Shown: positions 11,558-25,417, counted from the stretch's first letter. The stretch: DNA of 64,000 nucleotides from Lama guanicoe (GCA_013239625.1 MU053557.1:4990123-5054122), one strand, 5' to 3'. The notes: generated by a model not told the origin, from the letters alone. Numbers and translations: made by a program.

Positions 11558-12875
11558 GTTGCCATGCAGAAATATGATTCCACTGTGGCCAGATCCTCTG
11601 ATCTTTCAAGACAAACCAGAAACTTTGATGTAAGTCTCCCAAGTGTTAAATGTTGGTATGTAGTTCAGACATGTAGAAACACTGTACAGGGGCCCTGGTT
11701 GGCACAGAGGCTGCTATTTGTTACATCTTCTGCACTCTGGTCTTCCCAGCCAGGTGAATCCAAGCTTTTCTCATAGACTTTGGTGCCAGGCTGCCTGGTA
11801 GTGGATTAGGCTCTGCCCCTATTCACCTGGGAAGAGCCATTTTGTGTCTCAGAGCCTAGTTTCCCTACATGTAGAGTGGGAGTAATAATAGCAGCTCATG
11901 GAGACATAAACTCATTGCATGCAAGTGATACTCAGTAAAGCCCAGCCACTATACTTATCTTGGCTAGGCAAGGATTATGCTTCTCTGATACCACACTGTG
12001 ATTTTCAGCTCTGTTGGTCCCATTTTTACTACAAACATTAGACACATTTATTATCCTGAGATATATTCTGGAAAGAAGATACATATCTTCTACCTGTATA
12101 CGTGACTGAAGCAAACCAGTATAATAGCTTAACCAAAATGTAAAGGAGAAATAAAAGGAAAATAATTTCTAATAAAGAAATATATATTTCAGTGTACAAA
12201 TGCTTGGGCACCTCTACACTGGAAGATACAATGAAACAATCAGATGCTTGCATCTACTTATAATAAATAATTTTGGATTTAAGCAAAGAAAAGTCAAAAG
12301 CCATTCTGTACAGGAAGTACAGAAAAAGTAAAGAACAGAGAATATGTGTACCTTGGAATAAGAACGAGCAGTGATATGAAACTTGACTTCCTTGTGTATG
12401 ATAAGAGAAAGAAAGAACATGATTAAAGTAGGGATAATATTACATACTTGGGAGGCAGAGGAAATAAGGAAGTATGATGCTCTTGCAAATGATCTGGGTC
12501 TTATTTGCAAAAGGTGGTGTCATAGTAATTCCAAGGGTAATGATATGAGACTGGATGGAGTCCAAGTGTCACAAAAATTCTTAAATTGCAGCCCATTTCA
12601 AGGCATTCATTCAGTCCCTGAATGTTGAGAGGGACATATGAGACAAAGAACAATTCCGCACAGTGTAGGACTGTCCTTGTAGGATATCCTGCAGCCCTGG
12701 TCCCTGCCCACTAAATGCCTACAGCACCCTGGAGCCTACAAGTTTTCAGTATGTCCTCAGTGATCCTCTGATCTAATATTGTGGCAGGAATGACATTCTT
12801 TCTGTCATCTAAATTTTATTCTGTGTATTTATGGACAGACAGGACATAGACTTCCCATGGGAAAGTGTAGTTTGT

Positions 12876-12921
12876 TGGATGGATGGATGGATGGATGGAT
12901 AGATAGATGATAGATAGATAT

Positions 12922-12954
<33 letters not shown>

Positions 12955-12977
12955 ATGGATGAATGGATGGATGGATG
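12876..12977. repeat. Compound tetranucleotide microsatellite (GATG)n(GATA)n(GATG)n within an L1ME fragment
   Basis: Directly visible. Confidence 0.95.
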
Positions 12978-14389
12978 CATTTTTAAGGGACTCCTACTAT
13001 ACATGCTGTTCTAGAACTTGCTTTTTCACTTAACCATGGCCATAAATATCTTTTCATGACAGTATGAATTGTTCTACCATGTTCTTTTTAATGGCTGCAT
13101 AGAGTTCCTTTCCAGGGCAGCTCATAGTCTGTGGTTTACTTGACCATTCCCCTATTAATGGATATTTGGGTTATTTCCAAAATTGTACTATCATAAATAG
13201 AGTTGCTGAGTAACTTCTACCTTTATCTTTGCTCACTTGAGTTGATATTTCTGTGGGTAGATTTTTATAGTGTGATTGATAGAATAAAGAGTTTGTACAT
13301 TTCGCAAATTGTCAAACTTCTCTTCAAAAAGATCCCACCAACTGATACTCCCACCAGGAGAATGTAAGAGGGCTGGTTTCCCCATACTCACCCAGCTCTG
13401 GCTATTATCCTTCAATTTTTGTTGTCTACCTGAAAGGCTACATAAAGAGTGTTTTCCAAATTACCTTGGAAAGGCTGTAAATGCAAGAGACTGCCGTAAT
13501 TAGGCAATGACTCCTTGGTATTTTTGGAGAAGAGATGTAATCATTTCCTTGAAGGCCCCACTTCCCTCTGATTTGTGAGGTGACAGGTGTCCCCGTGAGT
13601 AAGCCCAGAGGACAGAGTTCTGCAAATTCTGGTGACTGTTTCCACCTAACCTGCCCACACTAGGAAACTCTGGATGAGAGCAGATGGTCAGCGCAGGTGT
13701 GTCCTGACAGGTAATCCCACCATGCACCCCCATCCCCTGCAGCTAATGAGGGCGCTCCCACCTGCTGTTTCTAGCCTCATGGCTGATCTTCCCTGGACAT
13801 TTGGTCTGGAGATTTTTCCGTAGGAAGAAAAACAAGAGGCAAGAGTACCGTGGAGAGGAGGCCAGATAATGATTGTAAACAGCATTTCTGAGTCTTCTTG
13901 GAGGAGGCATGCTTAGACATTGAATTTGAAACCCTCGTGGGTTTCTCAGAAAGTGGGTCTGAGGGCTACTGGTCATGATCAAGGAAAAACTGTTGAAATC
14001 TCTTCCCAGATGCCATTGACTTGGGCATTCTTTCTGCAAATTCCAGACATTGTCAAAAAGGGGACTAGAAATAGTTATCCTTGTATCAAATGGTACATCT
14101 GGAAGGGACCGTGACACTATTAGTTCCTTTGTTTTGTTTTACATTTTCCTTTTTTAAATAAAAATGTTCAAGCCTATAGAAAAATAGAATAATGTTATGA
14201 ATACCCACATACCCACCACCTGAAGTTAATAAGTATTAGTGTTTACTGTTTGCCTCATATAATCTTATGTTAAACAATTTAAAGGAAATTCCAGATATTA
14301 CAGCTTTTTACCCTTAAATACCGTAAGTGCATCTTTAAACATTAAGTTCCTGAGATCTTAAAAGCTTTTCTTTTATAAAGCAACAGAAC

Positions 14390-14790
14390 CATTTTATTAA
14401 ATGAAATATCATGTGGATGTCCAACATACACAGTTGTGCTTGGAACATACATATCCAAGTGGAGATCTCACGTAGACAGTTGACTGCGTGAGTCTGGAGC
14501 TCTGGAGAGAAGCTGAAAGTAGAGATCTGGGTTTGGGATGTGTTTAAAGCCATAGGACTAAATGAGATCAGGAAGAGAGTGAGTGGAGAGAGAGGGAGAC
14601 GGGGAGGCCCTGGGGCACTCTGGCATTGGAGAGAAGTGAGCAGAGGAGGCCAAGAGAGTGTCCTGTGGAGTGAGACAAAGAGCATCTCTGGGACCAAAAA
14701 AGAACGTGTTCTGAGAAAGAGGGAGCAGTCAGCTTTGAATGCTGTTGAGAGACCAAGTAAGCTGATGGAAGGGAACTGACCATTGGATTT
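14390..14790 (-). mobile_element. L2 fragment
   Basis: CATATCCAAGTGGAGAT...GAGTCTGGAGCTCTGGAGAGA and TGACCATTGGATTTAG motifs. Confidence 0.7.
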
Positions 14791-15018
14791 AGTACAGATG
14801 GGGAACCAAGGCCCAGAAAGGGGTAAAGTGAGAACTAGCAGCACCATCTAACGTCTAGACCTCACACATTACAAATATGGAAACCGAGGACCACAGAAGG
14901 AGGGTGTCTTGCCTGAGATCACACAGTGAGTTAAATGGCAGAGCTGGGACTAGAGACAGAGCCCCCCTGAGTCCCGAGGGGTGAACTTTGCCTACCTAAC
15001 ACTAGCCTTCTCCCTCAG

Positions 15019-15218
15019 GCCGCAAGCTGGATCCTCAGGCCTCAGTTTTTTGCTGGTAATCCCTTTTCAGAGGATTACCAAATACCCATTGCTGCTGCAG
15101 AAAATTCTGGAGAACACACTTCCTGATGCCAGTGCCTATGCTGTCCTTCAGAGGGCTACCTCTGCCCTCCAGGACGTGATCACCAACATCAATGAGTACA
15201 AGAGGCGCAAAGAAGTGG
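15019..15218 (+). CDS. ARHGEF37: ARHGEF37 coding exon (DH C-terminus): [30 protein letters not shown]...[11 protein letters not shown]
   Basis: ccttctccctcag acceptor, G/gtaagg donor; [10 protein letters not shown] and NINE DH signatures. Confidence 0.96.
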
Positions 15219-15244
15219 GTAAGGACTTAGGTCACTTAGGGGAT

Positions 15245-15760
15245 GGGTACGTGAGTAAAAATGCTTCTAGTTACAAAAAACTCATCTCCAACTGGCTTCA
15301 CCAGTAAAGAAAATATAGCAGCTCATGTAACCCACAAATCTACAGGTAAGATGGGCTTTAGGTAGGGTTTGATCAGGGTGCTGGCTTCATTTCCTTGTAA
15401 TTCTCTTGTCGCTGCATTTACTCTGTGTCACCTTCCTCTTCAGGTTAGCTTCCCTCATAGTAGTAAATGGCTATTGCTATTCTAAGACTCACATCTGCAC
15501 ACCGCACCTTCCAGGATAAAATGGGACCATTCTCCTCCTAGCTGTAATACTTAAATTGGAGCTTTACTCTGATAGGACTCATGTGGGTCATGTGCTCACC
15601 AATTGCCATGGCTAGAGGAATGCCTTGGGTTATGTGCCCTTCTTTGAACCAATCTCTGTGTCCAGGGGATGGGATTACATGAATTGGCTTATGCTGACAG
15701 CACCCACCCCTTGAACTAAAGTGGGATCAGTCTTATCCAAACCACATGGCTGTGCAGGTT
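15245..15760 (-). mobile_element. MLT1-type LTR just downstream of an ARHGEF37 exon
   Basis: CTCATCTCCAACTGGCTT, GGGTCATGTGCTCACC and GAACCAATCTCTGTG motifs; boundaries approximate. Confidence 0.6.
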
Positions 15761-16455
15761 GTTAAAACAGAAAGGTCTGGAAATTGCAGTAGTGTCCTAA
15801 GTAGAAGAAAAGCTCAACTGCACAACTGAGACAGTGTAGTAATGACAATTTAGTTAATGTTTACTGAGGGGTAACTATGGCACATTTTTTCATTCATTAT
15901 CTTGTTTGATCCTAACAATAGCTCTGAGGTTGGCACTATTAGCCCCATTTCACAGTTGGGTAAAATGAGAGTTTAAGTCATTTGCTCTGGGTCACAGAGC
16001 TGGTAAAAGGCCAGAGCCAGGTTTCAAACTCAGGTGCGGGGTCAGGTGACAGATCAGTTGAAGGCCCTGAGCCATAAGTGGGAAAGCGTGGTTCCAACCT
16101 GACTTGGAACTGAGGGACTTTAGGCAAATCACCTCTCACTTGACTTCTTCTTTAGAAAGCACATTCACATCGTTATTTTATGTGATCCTCCCAGTGATCC
16201 TGTGAGGTGGCAAGCCTCACTGACAAATGAGGAAACTGAGGCTCAAGAAGTCAGGAAGCTCTTCAGCCAGGGCTCTCACCTCAGAGTGAGGGCTCTGAGC
16301 CCAGTGCTTTTCTTCTGCGACTCGCCATTCTAATAGGTGCGACCCTGATATTTGGGAAGAAGGCCCAAGCAGGTGCCTAGCTGGGTATGTCAGGGGCCCT
16401 TGCTTTCCTGGGTTGGCTCTGGTCCATGTGCCTTCCTTCTCCTCTGTTGATGCAG

Positions 16456-16586
16456 CCTCCAAGTACACCAAGGTGGAGCAGCTGAGCCTCCGGGAGAGAC
16501 TGGCCCGCATCAACACACACACCCTCTCCAAGAAGACCACCCGGCTGAGCCAGCTGCTGAAGCAGGAGGCAGGGCTCGTATCCAAG
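16456..16586 (+). CDS. ARHGEF37: ARHGEF37 coding exon: [44 protein letters not shown]
   Basis: tgcag acceptor, AAG/gtgagc donor; lies within ORF 16413..16706. Confidence 0.95.
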
Positions 16587-17271
16587 GTGAGCACGGGTGG
16601 GAGGAAGGGTACCGTCCCAACCATCCCAAGGGACAAGACTGTGCAGTGGTGGGGCAGGGGTCTTAGACTCCCTTCAGAGATGAGGAAACGGAGGCTGAGG
16701 GAGTGAACTTCCCAGCATTGCGTAGCCAGGAAGAGGCAGAGTTGGCACCCCCACTTAATTCTGAAGAGACAGGGTAGGGCTTTCTCCACTGCATCTTGTG
16801 TTGCTCTTTCTCTGGGGCCTGTTTATATAGATCAGGGAGCTAATATCTGAGTCTGGGCAAGAAACCAGCCTTGAACAGCTTCTAGTAGCAGCTCAGGTTG
16901 ACTGTGTACTTTCTCTGAACCAGGCATTAATTGATCCACACAGTGAAGTAGGTATTCATATTATCCTCATGTTGCAGAGGAGGAAACATGCTCAGAAAAG
17001 GTAAAACCCTTGCCTAAGTTCACACAGCCAGGAAGTAAGTGAACCAGGACTCATAGGCTCAAGTGTCTTATTCCATGGTCTGAATGCAGCATCACTAAGC
17101 TGCACTCACTGCTTCTAATCATCCCACTCGGTTTTGGGTCTAGAGGAACTGCCTCTGAAGGATGAGTCTGTGGAAAGGTGGTCCCCACTGAGGATTTGCA
17201 ACAGGGGTATGGGGTGTACACTGCCCCCATTTGGATGTTCTCAGCCTTCACAAGCATAACTTCATTCTCAG

Positions 17272-17376
17272 ACAGAAGACAAGGAATTTGATGACTTAGA
17301 AGAGAGGTTCCACTGGGTGTCGCTCTGTGTGACTGAGCTGAAGAACAACGTGGCTGCTTACCTAGATAACCTGGAG
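17272..17376 (+). CDS. ARHGEF37: ARHGEF37 coding exon (BAR start): [35 protein letters not shown]
   Basis: ttcattctcag acceptor, GAG/gtgagg donor; 105 nt phase 0-0; TxDxEF BAR motif. Confidence 0.95.
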
Positions 17377-19107
17377 GTGAGGATCCTGTGGTTAATAATG
17401 GGTGGGGCGGGGCTGAGCTTCCCGGGCAGGAGGCATGCAGGGCCCACTGAACAAACTAATAAAGGCACCAGTTGCAAAAACCTAAAGGAAGATCATCCAG
17501 TTGCTTGCCTCAGGCCAGAAGAGGGGCCACATGCAAGCACCCCTCAGCTTACAGGTCATCTGACTGGGGCAGCTTCTGAGCCCGTTGAGTTCTCAGAGGG
17601 TGAGGTTCCCACTGGGCAGGGTCAAAATTCACTGGAATCAGAGCCCTCTGGAGGGATGCTCTTAGACCAGGGTGACAAACTTGGGTGCTCAAAGGGACCA
17701 GGCAGGTAATATTATTGAGTAAAGTGTGCAAGTATACAAAACTTAACATCTGTTTATGAGACTTTTTTGGTAGAGTTCAATATATGGTAATATTTGGAGT
17801 TTGAATGACCAAATGAACGAATGAATGAGTAAAATCTAAGGAGGCAGCTCTTCCTTGGCTCAGGGGAGTTGTTGCTGTGTGGGAATGTGAACCCACTGCA
17901 GCCAGTCCTTCTGATTTTAAGGAAAAAAGAAAACTAACAATTTTAGGTGAAATCTCATGATGTGACCATGTGAGCAATTAATTAAATAAAAATTTAAATG
18001 TTATGCAGGCCTAAGAAAATATATTTCTGCAAGCCAAATTCAGCCCACAGAGACACTAGTTTGCATTTCCATCCAGCACATCTCTCTCCTTACGCCAAAA
18101 TTCCCCCTTCATTCTTGTCAGCATTGCTGACTCATTCCAACCGCTTAATCCCTCTTACGTGGTTTTGTTCTCAGTCACATCCATTTGCGCAAAGCAGCTC
18201 AGTCAGGTCATAGAAGGCTCTTTGGGTAATAGGATTTGGGGTGGCGTTATTGGAAGTATGTGAAAGGAGGGAGATCATAGTTACGTGGCCTCTGTGTGAG
18301 GCACATCCCTTGCTTGTTCCGGCTCATCCTGGACCCCCCAAGTGGAAAGATATGAACAGCACAGTGAGCCAGAAGGGGAAGACCCTCAGAGAAAGAATGG
18401 AGGGGCCTTGAGAGAGAGAGAGAAACCAGAGGCCCATGAGAGAAACATCTGGCTTTGCAGAGGAAAACAGATATTTGGAAGCATTAAGGCTGCGTTTCCT
18501 TAAATGCAGGATTTACACGACAGGTACAGTGTTGACATGGAATCCCATAGTGAGCAAATGACTCTCTCTTTTAATCCTCAGAGTCCAGGAAAAGCCTCTT
18601 TGGCTAGCATGTCTATAACAATCAGGCTGAGCAAGTCTTGGGCTGAGAGCCTGTAGCAGGCTATGATGCCCAGTCAGAGCTTAATAACATTGTTTTTATA
18701 GCAATTATTCTTACATGCTTATTTATGACAATTATTACTGGTTTTCCTTTTATGGGAGTACCATAAGATTTTTTTTTTAATGCATTGATTTAAATAGGAA
18801 TGCTTAGTTGATTTAAGAAAAAGTATCAATAGAACACATGGAATATGGATGTGGCAAAACATCACCAAGGGGGTATGCAGATGTACGAAGTTGGGAGAGC
18901 ATTGGAATAGAGAGAAAGATGTTGGCTCAGTGTAAGGGAGAACTTTCTGATCAGCCAAGTTGTGCAAGGTTAGAATCGATTGTGCAGATGCATAGTGGAG
19001 GTATGCAGGCAGCCTGGGCAACCTCTCCTGGGCTGTGGTGGAGGGGGATTCAGGTGTGAGATGACCACGACGCGCTGTGATTGGCTGTCTCGTTTGACCC
19101 CATCCAG

Positions 19108-19218
19108 GCTTTCCTCCGCTTCCGGCCTCAGGAATATGATTTGGACATTCCTGGGGCCCCTGTGGTGCAGTACCGTTACCTGGCAAGAGACCTGCAGCTC
19201 CAGGCCTTCCCCGAGTTT
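19108..19218 (+). CDS. ARHGEF37: ARHGEF37 coding exon (BAR): [37 protein letters not shown]
   Basis: ccccatccag acceptor, TTT/gtgagt donor; 111 nt phase 0-0. Confidence 0.93.
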
Positions 19219-19861
19219 GTGAGTGGAACTTCTCCTTCCTTTGTTAGGCAGGTGGCCAATCCCATAAGAATAATATTTAGAAGTCAGGCTGTTTCCATGA
19301 TTGTCACATCCATAACGGCTCTGGGCAGTCAGCAGGGCAGAGATTATTATTAGTGTGTTTTACTGATAGAAATAGCCCCAACTAACATTTATTGAGCCTT
19401 GCTATTGGCCAGGCACTGTGTTAAACTCTTTACATTCTTTACCTCATTTAATCCTCACAATCCAGCGTACAGGGTATGTGCTGTTAGTAGCCCCATTCTG
19501 CAGATGAGAGCTTGAGACTCAGAGGGGGCGACCTTCCTAGATTTTCAGATGGTCAGTAGGAAGCTGGGATCTAAGCCACAAGGACTATGCTTTTGACCAC
19601 CACTCCATAAAAATCTTTTTTAAGGTTTGTGCACAGTAACCATATTAAGAAGTGACACTTCTGTAAGCTTGTTACATACATTGGCCCCATTTTTCAGATG
19701 GGCATGTCGAGGCCCAGAAAGATTAGGTAATATGCTAGAGGTCACAGCTGGTCTGTAGGAGTGGGACTGGAGCCCAGTCCTGCCTACCTCCAAAGCCCCT
19801 TCTCCCTGTGCTGCCCTCTGCCACCTCTTTCCCCTACTCCCAAGCTCTCCTCTCCCCACAG

Positions 19862-20191
19862 AAGCAGCGTCTGGAAGGTCTGGTGTGGCAGCCACTATGC
19901 AGCCTGACCAAAACCCTGGCTGGCCCTCAGAACCTGATCAAGAAGCGTCTGGACAAACTACTGGACTTTGAGAGGGTGGAAGAGAAGCTGCTGGAGGTGG
20001 GCAGCATGACCTACGAGGAGGAGATGGCCCGGCACACGTACCAGGCCCTCAACTCCCTGCTGGTGGCCGAGCTCCCACAGTTTAACCAGCTGGCCATGCA
20101 GTGGCTGGGCCAGATCCTGTGCACATTTGTGACCCTCCAGAGGGACCTTGCAGAGCAAGTGCTACAGAGGGCAGAGGGCACCTTGGCCCAG
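19862..20191 (+). CDS. ARHGEF37: ARHGEF37 coding exon (BAR): [12 protein letters not shown]...[17 protein letters not shown]...[15 protein letters not shown]...AEGTLAQ
   Basis: ctctcctctccccacag acceptor, CAG/gtgagt donor; 330 nt; IKKRxDKLLD and YxALNxxLxxELP BAR motifs. Confidence 0.96.
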
Positions 20192-22044
20192 GTGAGTACT
20201 CTGGGACTGGGGCAACTCCGGGGAATAGCCAGGGGAGGCCTCACAGCACCTTCAGCCAGATGTTTGCATGGGCTGGAATGGGGTGAGGTTTGGGCCTTTC
20301 AAACAGGTGCTTTGGAGGAGGCTATGGGGACCTTCCGGAACTTTCTCCTCCCTGTTCTCCCTCCATTAATGGATAAGACCATGAAAGCAAGGATAGAACT
20401 GCGACTCCAGACTTTCCCAGGCTCTGGACCTCAGAAGCAGAGGAGGCTCTGCTTGGAAAATAGCAGACCTTGCGGCCAGTCCCCAGAATGTATGAGAGGT
20501 TGGTGACAGAGACAGGGTCTCTTCTACACATCAGGAGTAATTGTTTCAAGCTGATGTTCCTGCCACTGTTACTAATTGTAGTAGCTGCCTCCTTGTGAAC
20601 ATTTACTGTGCTCCGGTAAGTGTATTTACTGAGTACCTTCCATGTATTATCTCACTTAATCCTCACAGTAATCCTACAGAGGAGGTGTTATTGTTATCCT
20701 CATTTCAAAAGGAAGCTGAGGGCACAGAGAGGTTAAGCAGCTTGTTCAAGGCCACACAGCTAGTAGTGCAATTTGAATCATGGCAGTTCAACTCCAGAGC
20801 CTGGGTTCTGAACCGTAATTCCTGTAAGAGGAGCCGTCTGCTGAAAGCATAAATAGGTCACAATGAGGTTTAGACAAACCTCCAAATGCAAACTTTGATT
20901 TTAGAATTTTGAAGACTGGGGTTAGTATAGGAAAGAGTACTTAGTTAACTGCTTTTAAAACTGTCTTTGATGTTGATACCAGAGCTAAATGGCCTGTGAG
21001 TCTCAGCCCTAGAGCAATTTCAGTATTCCTCATACTGCATGCTGTCTCCTGTGCTTCCCATTTCCCAGCTCAACTTTCCCCATCCAGTTTGTTTCATGAA
21101 AATTCCTCCAAAATTTACCCCACTGTCACTGCCTTTCCAGCCCATAGTCCCGCTCTATGACTGTAGCCTCAACTTCCAGCCCAGTGCTTCTGAATGTGAC
21201 CACAGTCCCTTTGCACAGACTCCTTCCTCAGCCTAGAATGCCCCTCCCTGTCACCCCCATGCCTTTCACACTGCCTGGCATAAGGTAAGACTTCCACAAG
21301 TACGCGACAGATGAACGAGTCTCTCCATGAAGCTCTCAGAATCCCTCTTCCCCTGATGGGGAGAACCCATCTCACCATCCTCTGTTCCAGCAACATTTAT
21401 CAGAGACTTCCTCCTGCTGGGATGTTGGATGAAGCTGTTTCCCTTCTTTGAGGAGAGCCAGAACTATGGGCTTTTCTTCCTTTTGGCCCTCACAACATTT
21501 AGTACAGAGTTCTGTCTCAGACACTCTTTTTGAATGAAACCTGAACCACCTGCACTTCTCTTTCCTGAAGGCAGAGGGTAAATCTGATTAGATGATCTTT
21601 TCATTCTCCTCCTACCTTCTAGTGCTGTCTGCAGGGTGGCCAGACCTCCTTGTGTATTGACTGAGACATGCAGGGCCGGGGAGTGTTCTAGGATGCAGTA
21701 ACGGGGGGGGGGTAACTTTATAAGAACAGAAAGAGGGTATTTCTTGGTTGGTCCTATATACAGAATGTTAGGGCCTGTCAATGACTGATGCCAGCTTCCT
21801 TGTCAGTGTTCCCTTGCCCATTCAGCTGGACCAGTCCTGTGGAGCCTGGGAAAGGCCAACATAGTAGAACTCAATCTGTCTGCATCCTGTGGATGGGGGA
21901 AAGGCGCTAAGTTAGAACCAAGAGCTGCGACTTTGCTGACAATCAGAGAGGACATGTCTCTGTTGGCTCTGGGGCCTTCCTTACTCCAAGGCTGTCTGAT
22001 GGGAATACAGAAGACGCCTAACAGAGCCAAGGTCTCAGGATGGA

Positions 22045-22570
22045 GCATCACTCAGAACTCCTCAGGTTCCAGACCAGCTTAGACATAAAGAAGAACATAC
22101 TGACTTCATAACTGGAAGGGTTACCAGGAGGGTGTCAAGTCAGGCCTGGTTGCATTCAGTACAAACAGTGTTTTCGGGGGACTGACTTTCACTCCATCTC
22201 CCAGCTGTTTTCCTCTCCAGGTTAGCTTTATTGTCAAGGAGGCCTTTTCTGCATGGTGGGAGAAGGCGGCTCCCAACAGCTCCAAGTATGTACCGTTACA
22301 TCTCAGAATCTAAAGGAAGAGTCACCCTCTTGTTCTCAGCTTTCATGCACTAAATCTCATAGGAGGATTTCAACTGGCCTTGCTTGGGTCCATTGTCCAG
22401 TCCCTGACCAATCACAGTGGATAGGAGAGGGGATGCCCTGATGGCCAGTCCTGTGGCCAGATCACCAGGAGGGGCAATACCACTGGACCCCCATAGAGGG
22501 ACACTTTCTTAAAGGAAAGTGGGGCAGTAGCCAGTCTGAAACAACAGATAATCAAATAACATCCTAACAC
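22045..22570 (-). mobile_element. MLT1-type LTR
   Basis: CTGACTTCATAACTGGAAG and CCTGACCAATCACAGTGG motifs; boundaries approximate. Confidence 0.55.
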
Positions 22571-22663
22571 ATCTGGGGCTAGAGTGTGTCTGTCAGCATC
22601 TCCCTGTCCCCTCTCTCCCCTCACCCAAGGAAAGCTCTGATGACATTGTCTGTCCCCACACAG

Positions 22664-22792
22664 CTGCCCCACCACCACATGGCTGAGCCAGCCTTCAGGA
22701 AGCTGGTGGAGGATGCACTGGGCCAGGCTGGTCACCAGCTTCGTTCCTTTCAAGAGAACTTCGAGAAGGTGCTGCCACCTCCTACCACACAA
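22664..22792 (+). CDS. ARHGEF37: ARHGEF37 coding exon: [43 protein letters not shown]
   Basis: tgtccccacacag acceptor, CAA/gtaagt donor; 129 nt. Confidence 0.94.
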
Positions 22793-25221
22793 GTAAGTGT
22801 CTCTCACCTGCCAGTGGGGGTAAAGTCAACACCCTATTTCCTTTCCCTTTTCTTTTCCCAGTGTTCCCTGTTACTCCGGGAACATGTTGCCTTTCTGTCT
22901 GTCTTTCCTCTGTGAGCCGGGGGTGGGGTTCACACACACACGCATGCATGCACGCACGTGCTCTTCATGGCCAGTAAGCATAAGAGCAGAACAGAAGGTT
23001 TAGGTCAAGAATAAGAAATTTTAATATTAAGTAAAAGCAGACATGATAATGGATGAGTGCCATTAACATCCTGAAACCTGGAACTTCTTCAAATTTTTCT
23101 TCAAAATTTACCTTGTTTTCTCATCACCTTCTCATAGAACCTGCACTCAGAATGAATAAAAAGTTTGAATAAGAAGTCATATAAGTGTTCTTTTTGCTAT
23201 GGAATTTTTAATTGCAAAAGACAGTATTTTAGCTGTGTTATGGTTTACAAAACTTTGGCCGTCCAAAGGCTTTTTTTTCAGCCAAGTATTTTTGTCTAAA
23301 ATTGCGGTCCACTTGAAGAATATATAGACGATCATGTATATTTTTTAAAGTAACTGAAGTAGATGAAGGGAGAAGGAGTTCCCAGAGTATGATGAAAACT
23401 CAGTTTGAGAAAACTGAACCTGTGTGTTCAGTCGCATGTGAGATGTGAAGTGAAGGGTCCGGAGAAAGCTCCAAGAGTCCCCAGAAGGGAGAAGGGGGCC
23501 CCAGAGACACAGACGAACAGAAAAGGAGCCCGGCAGAGCTGGGCAGATATGGTGGGCTTCGCACCTGAGCTGAGTGCAGAGGACGTCAGAGACCATTAAA
23601 GATGTTGTGAGCTCCAAGCGGAGGTGGAGTCCCCCTGGGGCCACCGCTGTCCCCACTTGCTTGCCCACGCTGAGACGCCTCCGCAGAGGACTGATCGGGG
23701 CTGCCGCACAGGCCCTGCAGCTTGGGGAGAGGAAAGGTGCAGAAAAGGAAGAACAGAGCGGCCGCTCAAATGAGTCATAGAAACGCTTATCTTTTTCTGC
23801 TTAAGACAAAATAGCATTTCTCTTATTGGAAAAGCACTCCATGCCCAACTGTAGAAAAAGAGAGAAGATGCAGAAAAATAAGAACAAGAAACAAGTGGGA
23901 ACATCACAGTCCCAGTGTGCGTTGCAGATTGATAGGTAAAGAGACCCGCCTCGTCCCCTTCTCCCCTCCCACCCACCGCGGTAACACACACACCTATAAA
24001 TTTCTGAGTTATTTGGCTAAGGGTGCAGAACCCACAGAAGTGAGGTGACCACCCAGGACAGGAGCAGTCCCAGTGAGATCTTTACAGGCCTCCTCCGGTC
24101 CCTCCCAGGGAGTGCTGCTGTTCTCTGCACAGGTAGGGGCAGAGATTTGAGAAAGAAGGCAAGTGTTTGCTACTCATGTTAACATCACCATTCTGGAAAA
24201 AAAAAAAAAAACTACCCTGTCTCTACACTTCCATTGAAGGGCCTGTTTGGGAACCTTGGGTTCTTCTGGTCTTTGATCCTGACTCCGGAATCCATTGGAG
24301 GAGGGGTAATGGCAGAGTCTGGGCCCAAATGCCCCTGAAAAGCATCTCTGCCTACCTCCCTACACTCAGCACCTCCCCACCCGGAAATAACCATATAGAA
24401 CATGGTGAATATATATATGTCCATAGGTATCTATACAGTGAGAGAAAATATGTAATAAATCTATATTCAACATTTTTAGTTTCTTCTTTGTTTTTCAAAA
24501 AGGGGACAATCATCTGAGTCCCTTCTTGTTGATACTTTTGCTGGAAGCAGTGAATGAAAAAACAAAGGCAATGCCAGGAGATTTTTGGATGCGCTGAACG
24601 TGCACTGAATCATTCTCCCCAGCTAGGTGGCAATTTCCATCAGGGAAAGACTCTCTCCTCTGTTTCTGCTGTGCCATTCACAAAGCTTACTGTGCCTCGT
24701 GCACAGTAGGGTCTCAATAAATACCTACAAACTCAAAACCCATGGAATAAAAGACTGCATTCCCTTTGTTCACATGTGTGTGCTGGCGGTTTAAGATGCC
24801 AGGTGAGTAAGGCCTGGTGCCCACATGAACCTCATAGTCTTGCTCATTGGGGTTGAAAGACATGTGTAAGGCATTTTTCTGTGGGAAAATTTAGTTTGAT
24901 GCCCTGGGCAGAGTTTAGGGCTCAGTCCTGGAGTTCTGTAACTGAGAAGTTCAGAAGCTGAATTAGAATTTTAGAAAACCCCAGAAGTTTAGACCAGGGA
25001 GGTATTTTAGAGGTTAAATTAGACATTTCTTTCGAGATGCATTTGGGTATTAAGAGCATTGTTTTTCATCCAGTCCAGCCATCTGTTAGTGAGGAGACTG
25101 TTGCCCCACTGGGGATGGGCTGATTGGCGGCAGAGGTGGGGTTCCTGGCTGTGAGCACGTGGGCCAACATTGACACCAGCTTTGACATGCCAGCTCAAAC
25201 ACTCGTGTCTGTCTCTCCCAG

Positions 25222-25417
25222 CCACTCCTGCCCGGGGCTGAACGCCAAGTGCAGGCTCTCCTGAGCAAGTATGGTCTGGGAAAGCTGTACCAGGTGACAA
25301 GCAACATCAGTGGGGCTGGGGCTCTGGACCTGACACTGCCTCGGGGTCACATTGTGGCCCTCCTTCAAAACAAGGACACCAAAGGCAACAGTGGCCGTTG
25401 GCTGGTGGACACCGGAG
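25222..25417 (+). CDS. ARHGEF37: ARHGEF37 coding exon (SH3-1): [65 protein letters not shown]
   Basis: gtctgtctctcccag acceptor, G/gtaagt donor; 196 nt. Confidence 0.95.

Noticed and set aside
14335..14847. 170-aa ORF
   Set aside because: Lies in a decayed L2 fragment; no coherent protein signal
16217..16789. 190-aa antisense ORF
   Set aside because: Antisense shadow of a coding exon plus MIR sequence; non-ATG start and no recognisable domain
19808..20506. 232-aa single-exon ORF
   Set aside because: It is ARHGEF37 exon 19862-20191 read through into flanking intron
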